DNA of 64,000 nucleotides from Escherichia phage HMD-9, in the sequence record PV287714.1. One strand, 5' to 3'. The notes under the pieces were generated by a model. The model was not told the DNA's origin and did not search any database. It saw nothing but the letters and a program-made list of their open reading frames with translations. Both the position numbers and the translations under genes were made by a program. The number at the start of each line of letters is the position of its first letter. Within the stretch, counting starts at the first letter, position 1. Shown here piece after piece: positions 22,894-31,530 of the stretch.

Positions 22894-23858
22894 TGTATTC
22901 TTTAGAGGAATTTAATAATCAAGCAATAAACGCAGATTTCCAACGTAATAATATGTTTAGCTGCGTTTTTGCGACAACTCCATCAACTAAAAGCTCTTCG
23001 TTGATAAGTTCAATTAGCAACTTTTCTTATAATAACTTGGGCCTAAATTCAAATTGGTTAGGATTAACTCAAGGTGATATTAATCAGGGAATTACCACGC
23101 TAATTACAGCTGGCACACAAAAACTAATAAGAAAATCAGGAGTCAGTAAATATCTTATTGGTGCCATGAGTCAACGTACTGTCCAGAGTTTATTAGGCTC
23201 ATTTACGGTTGGTACATATTTAATTGACTTCTTTAACATGGCATATAACTCATCTGGATTGATGATATATTCTGTAAAAATGCCAGAGAATAGATTATCC
23301 TATGAAACTGACTGGAACTATAATTCTCCTAATATTCGTATAACTGGGAGAGAATTAGACCCTTTGGTTATTTCATTTAGAATGGATTCAGAAGCTTGTA
23401 ACTATCGTGCAATGCAAGACTGGGTTAACTCCGTTCAAGACCCAGTAACTGGATTACGTGCTTTGCCACAAGATGTCGAGGCAGATATTCAGGTTAATCT
23501 TCATTCTCGCAATGGATTGCCTCATACTGCGGTGATGTTCACCGGATGCATTCCAATATCAGTGAGCGCTCCTGAGCTATCATATGATGGAGATAACCAA
23601 ATAACTACATTTGATGTTACTTTTGCGTACAGAGTGATGCAGGCTGGAGCAGTTGATAGGCAAGCTGCGCTTGAATGGCTTGAATCTGCTGCTATAAATG
23701 GTATTCAAAGCGTTCTCGGAAATAGTGGAGGTGTTACTGGACTATCTAATTCGCTTTCACGACTTAGTAGATTAGGAGGAACTGCGGGAAGCATTTCAAA
23801 CATTAATACTATGACGGGAATTGTCAACTCGCAAAGTAAAATATTAGGAGCAATATAA
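22893..23858 (+). CDS. 54: baseplate-tail tube initiator gp54
   Basis: 321-aa ORF; size/position as T4 gp54. Confidence 0.9.
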   Translation: MYSLEEFNNQAINADFQRNNMFSCVFATTPSTKSSSLISSISNFSYNNLGLNSNWLGLTQGDINQGITTLITAGTQKLIRKSGVSKYLIGAMSQRTVQSLLGSFTVGTYLIDFFNMAYNSSGLMIYSVKMPENRLSYETDWNYNSPNIRITGRELDPLVISFRMDSEACNYRAMQDWVNSVQDPVTGLRALPQDVEADIQVNLHSRNGLPHTAVMFTGCIPISVSAPELSYDGDNQITTFDVTFAYRVMQAGAVDRQAALEWLESAAINGIQSVLGNSGGVTGLSNSLSRLSRLGGTAGSISNINTMTGIVNSQSKILGAI

Positions 23859-23863
23859 CAATG

Positions 23864-23894
23864 GGGACCTTTCGGTCCCCATATTTTTATTTAC
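23864..23894 (+). terminator. rho-independent terminator after gene 54
   Basis: GGGGACC-TTTC-GGTCCCC hairpin then ATATTTTTATTT. Confidence 0.7.
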
Positions 23895-24177
23895 GGAATG
23901 AAATAAAAGCAGCAACTGAAGCAACTAAACTGTCTTCAATATAAACTTCAATTTTTACCGGAGCTTCTGACTCAAATTTACCTGTTACTACACCTTGGAA
24001 AATACTTTCAGTCTGTTCTGGCTTTGAAAAATTTTCAGAAGGAAAAATTCCGAACTTTTTATCTGTTCCAAAAATTTTGATAAATTCATCATAAACTGCT
24101 TCATTAAAAGCATTATCAGCAGGAATAACGCCTTCAACTACAAGTTCTTGACCTAAAAAGCGCAAAGAAGATTTCAT
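23887..24177 (-). CDS. hypothetical early protein (alt.-3 position)
   Basis: 96-aa ORF with GAGGAA RBS, immediately downstream of a GTTTAC-type early promoter. Confidence 0.6.
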   Translation of the reverse strand: MKSSLRFLGQELVVEGVIPADNAFNEAVYDEFIKIFGTDKKFGIFPSENFSKPEQTESIFQGVVTGKFESEAPVKIEVYIEDSLVASVAAFISFRK

Positions 24178-24208
24178 TTTGTGTTCCTCATGTTATGTCA
24201 GTAAGATT

Positions 24209-24238
24209 ACTATAACACAACATGAGGGACTTGTAAAC
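24209..24238 (-). promoter_or_regulatory. sigma70-type early promoter (GTTTAC -35, TATAGT -10)
   Basis: Minus strand GTTTAC-N18-TATAGT; near-identical copy at 37737-37766. Confidence 0.6.
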
Positions 24239-24595
24239 TACATTTTGAACTTTTTAGTACGCGTAATAGGCATGCGTCGATTTTATACTGTTTCATTGTT
24301 TGAAGAGCAGTATCAAAAACAGCATTAATGACACCAATTGGATTTCCACCCATGTTTTTAAGCTTAACTAATGATAGTTTCTCATTAACACCTATCATTA
24401 CGATATGCATCATTTTATCGCCCGGCTTAACGTTTTATTCGTATCACCGCCAGAGGTGTATGTACAAAATCTAAATCCAGGAAGCACACTTTCTTCACCG
24501 GCTTGAATAGCAAAAATTTGAGGTATTTTATGCTTAGGATTTAAGTTAACAACCGGCGCCGAAGCGCCGTCAAATAATTCTGTAATAAGTTCCAT
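24210..24595 (-). pseudogene. decayed partial duplicate of the alt 5' region (two frame-shifted ORFs of 61 and 67 codons)
   Basis: Fragment products MELITELFD...CTYTSGGDTN and MMHIV...QYKIDACLLRVLKS align to Alt residues 1-55 and 64-120; frame breaks in an A-run; nucleotide identity also visible (aattctgtaataagttccat at both 5' ends). Confidence 0.6.
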
Positions 24596-24598
24596 GAT

Positions 24599-26647
24599 TT
24601 ATCCTTGAACAAACTTGTAAGGCATGTTTGCAATATCTATGCAAGACGCAATAATTCCAAGAGATGATTCTGCTTTCTGTTTAACATTTGATGAAACAAA
24701 CGATGCAAAGTCAACTCTATCTTCTATATCACCTGTCATTGTAACCAATTCACCAGTTTCCATTAAACGGTCACCGTCATAAATTACCGATTCGGTGAGT
24801 TCTTCTGTGGTCATAACTTCAGCTTGAATAAGCTTGTTGTTAGTTCTAATTGTTCCATCGTTGTAAGATGCATCAGTTATTTTATTAACTTTGACCATTA
24901 ATCCACGTGGCAAAATGACTTCCATTTCATTTGAAGGCGCTAAACTTCCACCGGGTAAAACAACATTGACCTTATCAGCCCCAGTAATAACCCATCCAAT
25001 TCCAACTAAATTATCGCTAGAATTTACAAGTCCTTCATCAGTTTTATCAATAGAAACACTTAAACGCTTTTCGTCTGGTAAAACACCCACAGATGAATCA
25101 GTCATCCAAGTACCAAAAATATTTGGATATAATGATGTTGACACAAAGTTTCTAAAATAAAAAACTCGATTTTTTACCATTGCTTCGTATATTGAAGGTA
25201 ACATTCGTTGTGAACGATACAAAGTAATACCTTTTGGTAATCGTTCACCATTTTTAAAGGCTGAATCTAAATTATCAATGGCTTGTTCTATTTCAGGTGC
25301 TGTTAAAATACTTGTACGCTCATCTGGATTATATAATCCCAAAAGAGCATTATTCATGTCTACATATCCTGAACCTACATATTCACGAATTCCGCGTTTT
25401 TGCGCTGGTGTGTATTTAGATGAATCTTTATTTTCGACTATAGGATGTAATGACCATCCAGCGGTAAGAGCATATCCACGTAATTCTCTTCGAATAATCT
25501 TTGTTTTTATTGCATTCCAAGAATTTTGTACTAACTCATTTGCAGCATCTTGGTTTAAATGCGAATGTCTGTTAATATTTCTTTCAAACCAAGCACCTTT
25601 ATATTTTTCTAAAGTATCATCGACGATAGAAGCAATAGTTTCTAAAGTTTTTATTGAAGTAATAGATTCTTTTCGTAATTTTTCTAAAGCTTTATTTTTT
25701 ATTTCTGCATTAATAATGGATTCTTTATCTTCAGGAATTATAGAAGCTTCTCTGAATGCCATCCCAGCTGTAACACTGCTAAGAGCATTCTCTAATGCAA
25801 ATCCTGAAGTAGAAATAACAGTTAATTCGTTAGCATCAGAAATTAAAGGCGCGTCGGCGGGTTTATTTAATTCTGCTGCTGAAGCCTCAAATTTTTGAAA
25901 CATTGGTGTTTCAAATCTAGAAGATTCCAATGACTGACTTTGTGCAATTGCTCTACGGGAAATTTTAACTTTAACAATAACAGCTTGGTCAGAACGCTTA
26001 TCATTTTCTTGCGCAATAGATGCAGCAATTGCCTCATTTTTAGTTACTTGAGCTCCAGTATCTTTATTGATATAAACATCACCGACCTTCGATTCAACTT
26101 TAGTAAAGAGCTCGGTGCTAATTTCCGGAACTCCTGGAATGTCTTCTAGTGATACATTTTTGCGATGTATAAGAATATATGCATACTTTTTATCGTAATC
26201 CCAGAGTTCCTTAAGAAGGACGTATCTGCCGCCTGAACGACTGCGGATAAGTCTATCAGCAATAACTTGAATTTGTCGAGCTTGACCAGCAGTTTTAGAC
26301 TTAAGAATACGAAGCATGCAGGCATCAATTTTATACTGACGCATCGTTTGCATCGCAACAGTAAAAACTGAATTGATGTAATTAATTGGGCTTGGACCGA
26401 GACCTTTTAATTTAGCAATTGAACCTTTAGCAGTTAATGTAAAAGGAACGATGTGCATCATTTTATCGCCCATCTTTAAATCACGGTTAGTATCACCTCC
26501 AGATGTATAAGTACATAAACGAAAGCCTGGTTGTTCTATTGCGTCATCAACATGAACTGAAAAAATTTGTGGTATTTTCTTCTTTGGATACAAATTTGTA
26601 ATCGGAAGAGTAGTATTTTCGTCAAATAATTCTGTAATAAGTTCCAT
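24599..26647 (-). CDS. alt: Alt ADP-ribosyltransferase (packaged, modifies host RNA polymerase)
   Basis: 683-codon ORF beginning ATGATG; second ATG gives 682 aa, the T4 Alt length as recalled; position between gene 54 side and gene 30. Confidence 0.88.
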   Translation of the reverse strand: MELITELFDENTTLPITNLYPKKKIPQIFSVHVDDAIEQPGFRLCTYTSGGDTNRDLKMGDKMMHIVPFTLTAKGSIAKLKGLGPSPINYINSVFTVAMQTMRQYKIDACMLRILKSKTAGQARQIQVIADRLIRSRSGGRYVLLKELWDYDKKYAYILIHRKNVSLEDIPGVPEISTELFTKVESKVGDVYINKDTGAQVTKNEAIAASIAQENDKRSDQAVIVKVKISRRAIAQSQSLESSRFETPMFQKFEASAAELNKPADAPLISDANELTVISTSGFALENALSSVTAGMAFREASIIPEDKESIINAEIKNKALEKLRKESITSIKTLETIASIVDDTLEKYKGAWFERNINRHSHLNQDAANELVQNSWNAIKTKIIRRELRGYALTAGWSLHPIVENKDSSKYTPAQKRGIREYVGSGYVDMNNALLGLYNPDERTSILTAPEIEQAIDNLDSAFKNGERLPKGITLYRSQRMLPSIYEAMVKNRVFYFRNFVSTSLYPNIFGTWMTDSSVGVLPDEKRLSVSIDKTDEGLVNSSDNLVGIGWVITGADKVNVVLPGGSLAPSNEMEVILPRGLMVKVNKITDASYNDGTIRTNNKLIQAEVMTTEELTESVIYDGDRLMETGELVTMTGDIEDRVDFASFVSSNVKQKAESSLGIIASCIDIANMPYKFVQG

Positions 26648-26679
26648 CATATCCTCTCTAGTGTTTATTCTATTTATAA

Positions 26680-26701
26680 AATTAAAGGCCCGAAGGCCTT
26701 T
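26680..26701 (-). terminator. terminator between gene 30 cluster and alt
   Basis: GGCC-TTCG-GGCC hairpin then TTTAATTTTAT on minus strand. Confidence 0.5.
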
Positions 26702-26888
26702 AATAATCTAATGGTAAGAGAGTACGATATATTTCAAACTTTGGCCCTTTTTCATAGGCATCAAATGTTTCTGAAAATTTATTATAAGCATATGCATCTA
26801 CAAATTCGAGAATGATTTGTGATACAGAAGTAGAAACATCTCCACCTTCTTTTTGAGCAACGACAATTGTTTCTAAGTAAGCTTTCAT
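26700..26888 (-). CDS. hypothetical small protein
   Basis: 62-aa ORF; start overlaps gene 30 stop (ATGA). Confidence 0.5.
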   Translation of the reverse strand: MKAYLETIVVAQKEGGDVSTSVSQIILEFVDAYAYNKFSETFDAYEKGPKFEIYRTLLPLDY

Positions 26889-28348
26889 AGACCAGTTACC
26901 TCATGAAAATCACCAAATACATCCTCGAATGTATTAGCTTTAGTTTTATCTTCACGTAAACGAATCGCAATCGGAAGAAATAATTTAACGTAATCAGTGC
27001 GGCCATCAGATTTTAACCAACCATTGCATTCGCACTCTAGAATTTTTCCAATATAATAATTTTGGTTTTCCATAATGCGAGTACGGTCAAGTTCATGCGA
27101 TTTTACACCGGCTTTATCTTTTAAGCCTGAACCAGCATTTACTTTAATTTTTCCACACTCTGACTCAAGAATAAATCCACCTGCTTTAGTAGGGTCTTTA
27201 CGGTGAGGATAAATTCCTACAATTTTTAAATCAACATCAATTACTTCTTTAAATTTATAGAGATTTTTTGAACGAGCATTTTCCCATAATCCATCGATAT
27301 TTTTGAGAATAATACCTTCAAGACCTTGGTCAATATACTTTTTATAAATTACCTTAGCTTCATCTAGGTTATTTACTACCTGGTTTTCAATTAAAATTAC
27401 TTTATCATAGCCTGATGTCATTTGTTCTAGTTTAGAAAAACGTACATCATATTTCAAACGAAATGCAGGAAGACCGTATATTTCTACCAACGGGACATAA
27501 TCCCAGACCTGAAACTTCATGCATTGAGCTTCTTTTTCAGAAATGGTTCCCTTTAAAGATTTATTGGCGATGCCATTAGATGCAGTACGTGATTCAGCTA
27601 CTTCTGTGAAGTCTTTAACTTTGCTGTTTCCAGGATGAGCATCAAAAAGAAAATCTAGGCCTTCTGGCTCCTTTTTAACTTGCTCGTGGTATACCAATTC
27701 GCCATCAATTAACACACCTTCTGGATGAATCTGGCGGGCTTCAGCAGTCATTTTGATTAACTCTTCCTTAAGAAGATCTAATCCTAGATATTCATTACCA
27801 GCTCGTGATAAAAGACGAACATCATCTAATTCATCACCTCGGACTTCAGCAAAACACCGAGCTCCATCTGCTTTTAACTGTGCAAAGGCTGGAAACTTAA
27901 TATTCTTATTAATGCCTTTTTCATCATAAGAACTTGCCAGCATTTGAGGTTGTTCAGGAATTAAACCTGGCCAAACTTTGTTTGCAATAGATACTGAAGC
28001 ACCGCATTCAAGGTCTCGCATCATAACTCGACGCAAAACTTCAACATCATCCTTTTTACCATCAGTGATATATCCAGTCAATTCCTCAATTGCAGCATTT
28101 CCAGTCAATTTCCGAGTAGCTAATGTGAATTCAATGAAGTCAAGCATATCGGTAAGAGTCAACATTCCAAAACTCTGGGTAGTAATACCAGGTTTAGGCC
28201 ATTTCTTGATATAATACTGCAACCCACGAGAATAAGTCAGACGATATACTCGTTTAAGCAATTCATTATCTTTATTCTTTTCAAGAATTGCTTGCTTCTG
28301 CTTAGTTGAACCAATAGATGCTATTTCGTTCAGAATTTTAAGAATCAT
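26885..28348 (-). CDS. 30: ATP-dependent DNA ligase
   Basis: 487-aa ORF with adenylation motif KADG (AQLKADGARC); size as T4 gp30. Confidence 0.95.
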   Translation of the reverse strand: MILKILNEIASIGSTKQKQAILEKNKDNELLKRVYRLTYSRGLQYYIKKWPKPGITTQSFGMLTLTDMLDFIEFTLATRKLTGNAAIEELTGYITDGKKDDVEVLRRVMMRDLECGASVSIANKVWPGLIPEQPQMLASSYDEKGINKNIKFPAFAQLKADGARCFAEVRGDELDDVRLLSRAGNEYLGLDLLKEELIKMTAEARQIHPEGVLIDGELVYHEQVKKEPEGLDFLFDAHPGNSKVKDFTEVAESRTASNGIANKSLKGTISEKEAQCMKFQVWDYVPLVEIYGLPAFRLKYDVRFSKLEQMTSGYDKVILIENQVVNNLDEAKVIYKKYIDQGLEGIILKNIDGLWENARSKNLYKFKEVIDVDLKIVGIYPHRKDPTKAGGFILESECGKIKVNAGSGLKDKAGVKSHELDRTRIMENQNYYIGKILECECNGWLKSDGRTDYVKLFLPIAIRLREDKTKANTFEDVFGDFHEVTGL

Positions 28349-28614
28349 TATTCATCCTTCAGAGTTTGGTTTACAGCTCTATTATAAATCAATTCATCAT
28401 TAAGCTCAGTCAAAGACTTATGATATGTGGTTCTAACTTTATTTCCTTGCATCCAGTGCTTGATATAAATGAAACCTTGCTCTACACATTTTTTAAAAAT
28501 TCGTTCGTCTTTTTGAGCTCGGAACTCTGGATTGCATCTAAAAAATTGATTTACGTGACCGTAATCACGTGTAGTATTACCTTCATTTTCATAAATAGTG
28601 TGAACAACAAACAT
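28348..28614 (-). CDS. hypothetical protein (30.1 position)
   Basis: 88-aa ORF, translationally coupled to neighbours. Confidence 0.55.
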   Translation of the reverse strand: MFVVHTIYENEGNTTRDYGHVNQFFRCNPEFRAQKDERIFKKCVEQGFIYIKHWMQGNKVRTTYHKSLTELNDELIYNRAVNQTLKDE

Positions 28615-29477
28615 TAGAATGCTCCTTGAAAAATATTATCACCACTAGTAAGTCTATTAAAATACCCTGCGTCGCCAGGCTTAATATAACTCCACGTGTG
28701 GAATGGATTCATATGATACGGGTGTGTATAATATGGATTATATGGATGTGTATAATATGGATGATATGGATTTAATCCAGGCGTTCTCCAAGTAGTGTTC
28801 CAAGGAAAAGAATCGTTTTTAACCATCTTCTCAATTACATCTTTTATAGCTTTTTCACTATCAAAACTTTCTTTATTTTCCTTTGGTGAAAAAAGCTTAT
28901 TCTCTACATCGTTCCATGTATAAACTCGCTGTGCAGTTTTTGGAATACTGTCACGCTCTCCTCGAGCCATCCAATAAACTGGAACATTTAATATTTCACT
29001 CGCGTGATCGCAGTGGTGAGCGAGATCATCAATATAACAAATTACGTTATATTTCTCTTTTGCCTTTTTGAACAACTCTTCTTTTGAAGAATCATGACCA
29101 CACATCAGTACTTCTGAAAAGGCACCAGGAAAAAGAGCATTCAAATTAAATTGACGATTCAGCAGAGCGTCAATAGAATCACCCAGTGCTGTAACAGCTA
29201 CAAAATTATAATCTTCTTTTAATTTGTTAATTACACACAGAGCATCTTTATATGGAGACAAATAACGAATAAAATCTGATCGATTATATTTTTCAATTAA
29301 CTTGACACCAAGTTCTTCATCACAATTAAAGAGTTTACCCGGAGAAATAAATTTCTCATCTTGGATCATTTTTAAAATATGTTCTAACGGAAGATTATAT
29401 TTCTGAGCAAAATAAGGAAGGCCTGATTGCCAGCTTAAACATACTCCATCAATATCAGTCAAAATAGTTGGCTTCAT
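28614..29477 (-). CDS. HAD-superfamily phosphatase-like protein (possible 5'-deoxynucleotidase) with His/Tyr/Pro-rich repeat tail
   Basis: 287-aa ORF; N-terminal DxDGV motif (ILTDIDGVCL); C-terminal NPYHPYYTHPYNPYYTHPYH encoded by a tandem DNA repeat. Confidence 0.6.
   Translation of the reverse strand: MKPTILTDIDGVCLSWQSGLPYFAQKYNLPLEHILKMIQDEKFISPGKLFNCDEELGVKLIEKYNRSDFIRYLSPYKDALCVINKLKEDYNFVAVTALGDSIDALLNRQFNLNALFPGAFSEVLMCGHDSSKEELFKKAKEKYNVICYIDDLAHHCDHASEILNVPVYWMARGERDSIPKTAQRVYTWNDVENKLFSPKENKESFDSEKAIKDVIEKMVKNDSFPWNTTWRTPGLNPYHPYYTHPYNPYYTHPYHMNPFHTWSYIKPGDAGYFNRLTSGDNIFQGAF
28722..28771 (-). repeat. imperfect tandem repeat (~24-26 bp x2) encoding the PYYTHPY repeats
   Basis: gtgtgtataatatggattatatggat followed by gtgtataatatggatgatatggat. 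Confidence 0.7.
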
Positions 29478-29932
29478 AGAGAGTCTCTTAATAGGTTTAA
29501 CACATCAATAAATTCAGCTTCGGTTAGTATTGTATCATCTTTTGTTAGACCACTAGCCATGCTGTGCTTCAAAACTTTTCCTTTCGAGGCTTGTAATGCA
29601 TCACGAAAGCCCCTGTTTTGGATCGCTGCTTCAAAATATGCATTTGTATATAATTCTTTCCACGCCGGGGAGTATCTTGAAAACGGAACTCCAAGCCAAA
29701 AGAGGGTCCCACGGTCCTGAGCTCTAGCATAAGATCGTCCAGCTTGTCGGGCGGCAAGCCCGGATAACCCAAATATGCGTCTTTGCTGTTCAACATTTTT
29801 CACCTTACACCCTTGGAGGAATCCTTCGAGACCTCCAAATTGAATACCATCCATAACGAAAGGCCATTGGGCGAAATTACTTAATGCACATGATGGCCAT
29901 TTAAAATTGCTTCTTATCTCTAGCTCAGACAT
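29474..29932 (-). CDS. NADAR/YbiA-like (DUF1768-type) protein
   Basis: ORF-track start is TTG; ATG gives 152 aa; N-terminal LSNFAQWPFVMDGIQFGGLEGFLQGCK resembles the E. coli YbiA / NADAR signature FSNFAAWP..DG....EHYFQAQK (from memory). Confidence 0.5.
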   Translation of the reverse strand: MSELEIRSNFKWPSCALSNFAQWPFVMDGIQFGGLEGFLQGCKVKNVEQQRRIFGLSGLAARQAGRSYARAQDRGTLFWLGVPFSRYSPAWKELYTNAYFEAAIQNRGFRDALQASKGKVLKHSMASGLTKDDTILTEAEFIDVLNLLRDSL

Positions 29933-30131
29933 TTTCAATACTTATAATTTCAACATCAGCCCAATGACCATAGCAAGGAAGACGAAATTCAACTGGCCAG
30001 TTAGGGTCCTTTTCTAATATAATAGACTGAACTTGTGGCTCTTCATGTTCATCGGTATACGGACCTTTATACGTTACTTTATATGTGACCTTAATGTACT
30101 GAATTCCAAAAATCTTATTAATTATATTCAT
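29925..30131 (-). CDS. hypothetical small protein
   Basis: 68-aa ORF with ATG and GGA RBS. Confidence 0.5.
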   Translation of the reverse strand: MNIINKIFGIQYIKVTYKVTYKGPYTDEHEEPQVQSIILEKDPNWPVEFRLPCYGHWADVEIISIENV

Positions 30132-30325
30132 ATTAATTCCTTTAATCCATAGATAGGAGATAATTCATCACCCATACGAAGGTCTTCATTTCCATCTACC
30201 CAGGAAACAATATAAGCCTCTTTTATTTGAATACCACTCCATTTAAATGGAGGTAGAACCTTAGAAATTAATCCAGGTATACCAACTCCCTTTAATTCAA
30301 CAGTTTGACCCGAAAAGAATTTCAT
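30128..30325 (-). CDS. hypothetical small protein
   Basis: 65-aa ORF, ATGA-coupled to upstream ORF. Confidence 0.5.
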   Translation of the reverse strand: MKFFSGQTVELKGVGIPGLISKVLPPFKWSGIQIKEAYIVSWVDGNEDLRMGDELSPIYGLKELI

Positions 30326-30612
30326 TAGAACCTCATCTGAAAACCATGCGATTTAACATTACCGCCGCCAATATCAGAAATGTTAATTTCGCGCGCAATT
30401 GAAGGGTCAATGTCAATTTCACGATTGAGTTTAGTGATAGCTAAAGTATCACGTCCATTTACAGTACGGAACTCTAAAGGGCAGACTACATTAACGTAGT
30501 TTTTAATCGATTCACTGGTAGGTTGCAAATGAGCAGGAAGGTCTTTAGGTGCCTTAGAGAAAACCACTTCACAGAAATTTTTGCGGGTATCAAAATAAGT
30601 AGTCATAAACAT
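30325..30612 (-). CDS. hypothetical protein
   Basis: 95-aa ORF with GAGGAAAA RBS. Confidence 0.55.
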   Translation of the reverse strand: MFMTTYFDTRKNFCEVVFSKAPKDLPAHLQPTSESIKNYVNVVCPLEFRTVNGRDTLAITKLNREIDIDPSIAREINISDIGGGNVKSHGFQMRF

Positions 30613-30633
30613 AGTATTTTCCTCAGTAAGGGG

Positions 30634-30662
30634 CCGAAGCCCCTCATTTTATTTTAAATATC
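30634..30662 (+). terminator. plus-strand-oriented terminator inside the minus-strand early region
   Basis: GGGGC-CGAA-GCCCC hairpin followed by CATTTTATTTT on the plus strand only. Confidence 0.4.
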
Positions 30663-31019
30663 AAATTCGTTAAGAACTACATCAAAGATCGCTTCAAGAT
30701 GCTCAGGTTTAGCTCTGTTACTCAGAATATGACGAATCCAAGTTTTAACCAGAAGCTTACGATTGACGCCATTCCAGCAAGGATGAGTACCTAAATCGCG
30801 TTGACGAAAATCATCATCTAATGCGATTTTAAAAGAAGAACCTTCTTTCGTGATTGAAACCGTGATGCCATTTTCAAATCGCATATAAACGTAGTTAGGA
30901 GTCATATACTGTTCAATTTCGCATATTGATCCATTTTGGTGTTTCCAAAGGCAGATAGTATCAATAGAACCTGCAATACCGTTAGAAACATATTTACGTT
31001 CAAAGTTGATGTAGTTCAT
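30654..31019 (-). CDS. hypothetical protein
   Basis: 121-aa ORF with GGAGAA RBS. Confidence 0.55.
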   Translation of the reverse strand: MNYINFERKYVSNGIAGSIDTICLWKHQNGSICEIEQYMTPNYVYMRFENGITVSITKEGSSFKIALDDDFRQRDLGTHPCWNGVNRKLLVKTWIRHILSNRAKPEHLEAIFDVVLNEFDI

Positions 31020-31087
31020 TTTTATTCTCCGAGATGTTTAATTGCGGTACAGGTATATAATATCATATCCTGTACCAAAGTAAACAA

Positions 31088-31420
31088 TTATTTTACTACT
31101 TTCCAGTGCTGCATGTCAAGTTTACCAACTTTTTTCATCTTCTCAATTAAGCGTTCGGCACGTTGGCGAGCTGTAACATAATACCATTCACCCAATTCAT
31201 TTTGTTCAATTTTTCCAACGATTACTGTATTCAATTCATAAATCCAACCAGTAAAGAAATTATGAACTTGGATTGTAAAGGTGAAATCTGTTCCCATACC
31301 TTCTGTTGTTTCTACTTCAATAATATCACCTTCAACTGCCATTAAGAACCACATAGTTTCATCATATTTACCATTGAAGCATTTAGTTTTAACTGTGGCG
31401 TTCAGATTAATCGTTTTCAT
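31088..31420 (-). CDS. hypothetical protein
   Basis: 110-aa ORF with AAGGAGAA RBS downstream of a GTTTAC early promoter. Confidence 0.55.
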   Translation of the reverse strand: MKTINLNATVKTKCFNGKYDETMWFLMAVEGDIIEVETTEGMGTDFTFTIQVHNFFTGWIYELNTVIVGKIEQNELGEWYYVTARQRAERLIEKMKKVGKLDMQHWKVVK

Positions 31421-31447
31421 TTTATTCTCCTTTGTTTGTGTAAGATA

Positions 31448-31477
31448 ATACTATCACAAAGGAACTATACTGTAAAC
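31448..31477 (-). promoter_or_regulatory. early promoter (GTTTAC -35)
   Basis: Minus strand GTTTAC-N17/18-TAGTAT upstream of ORF 31088-31420. Confidence 0.45.
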
Positions 31478-31500
31478 AACTTTATGCAATCTTTGGAAAA

Positions 31501-31525
31501 TAAAAAAGGACTCCCGAAGGAGTCC
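31501..31525 (-). terminator. rho-independent terminator
   Basis: GGACTCC-TTCG-GGAGTCC hairpin followed by TTTTTTA on minus strand. Confidence 0.65.
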
Positions 31526-31530
31526 TCAAC

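Noticed and set aside
25278-25898. 206-aa plus-strand ORF within alt
   Set aside because: Lies wholly inside the 682-aa alt gene on the opposite strand, with no independent signals.
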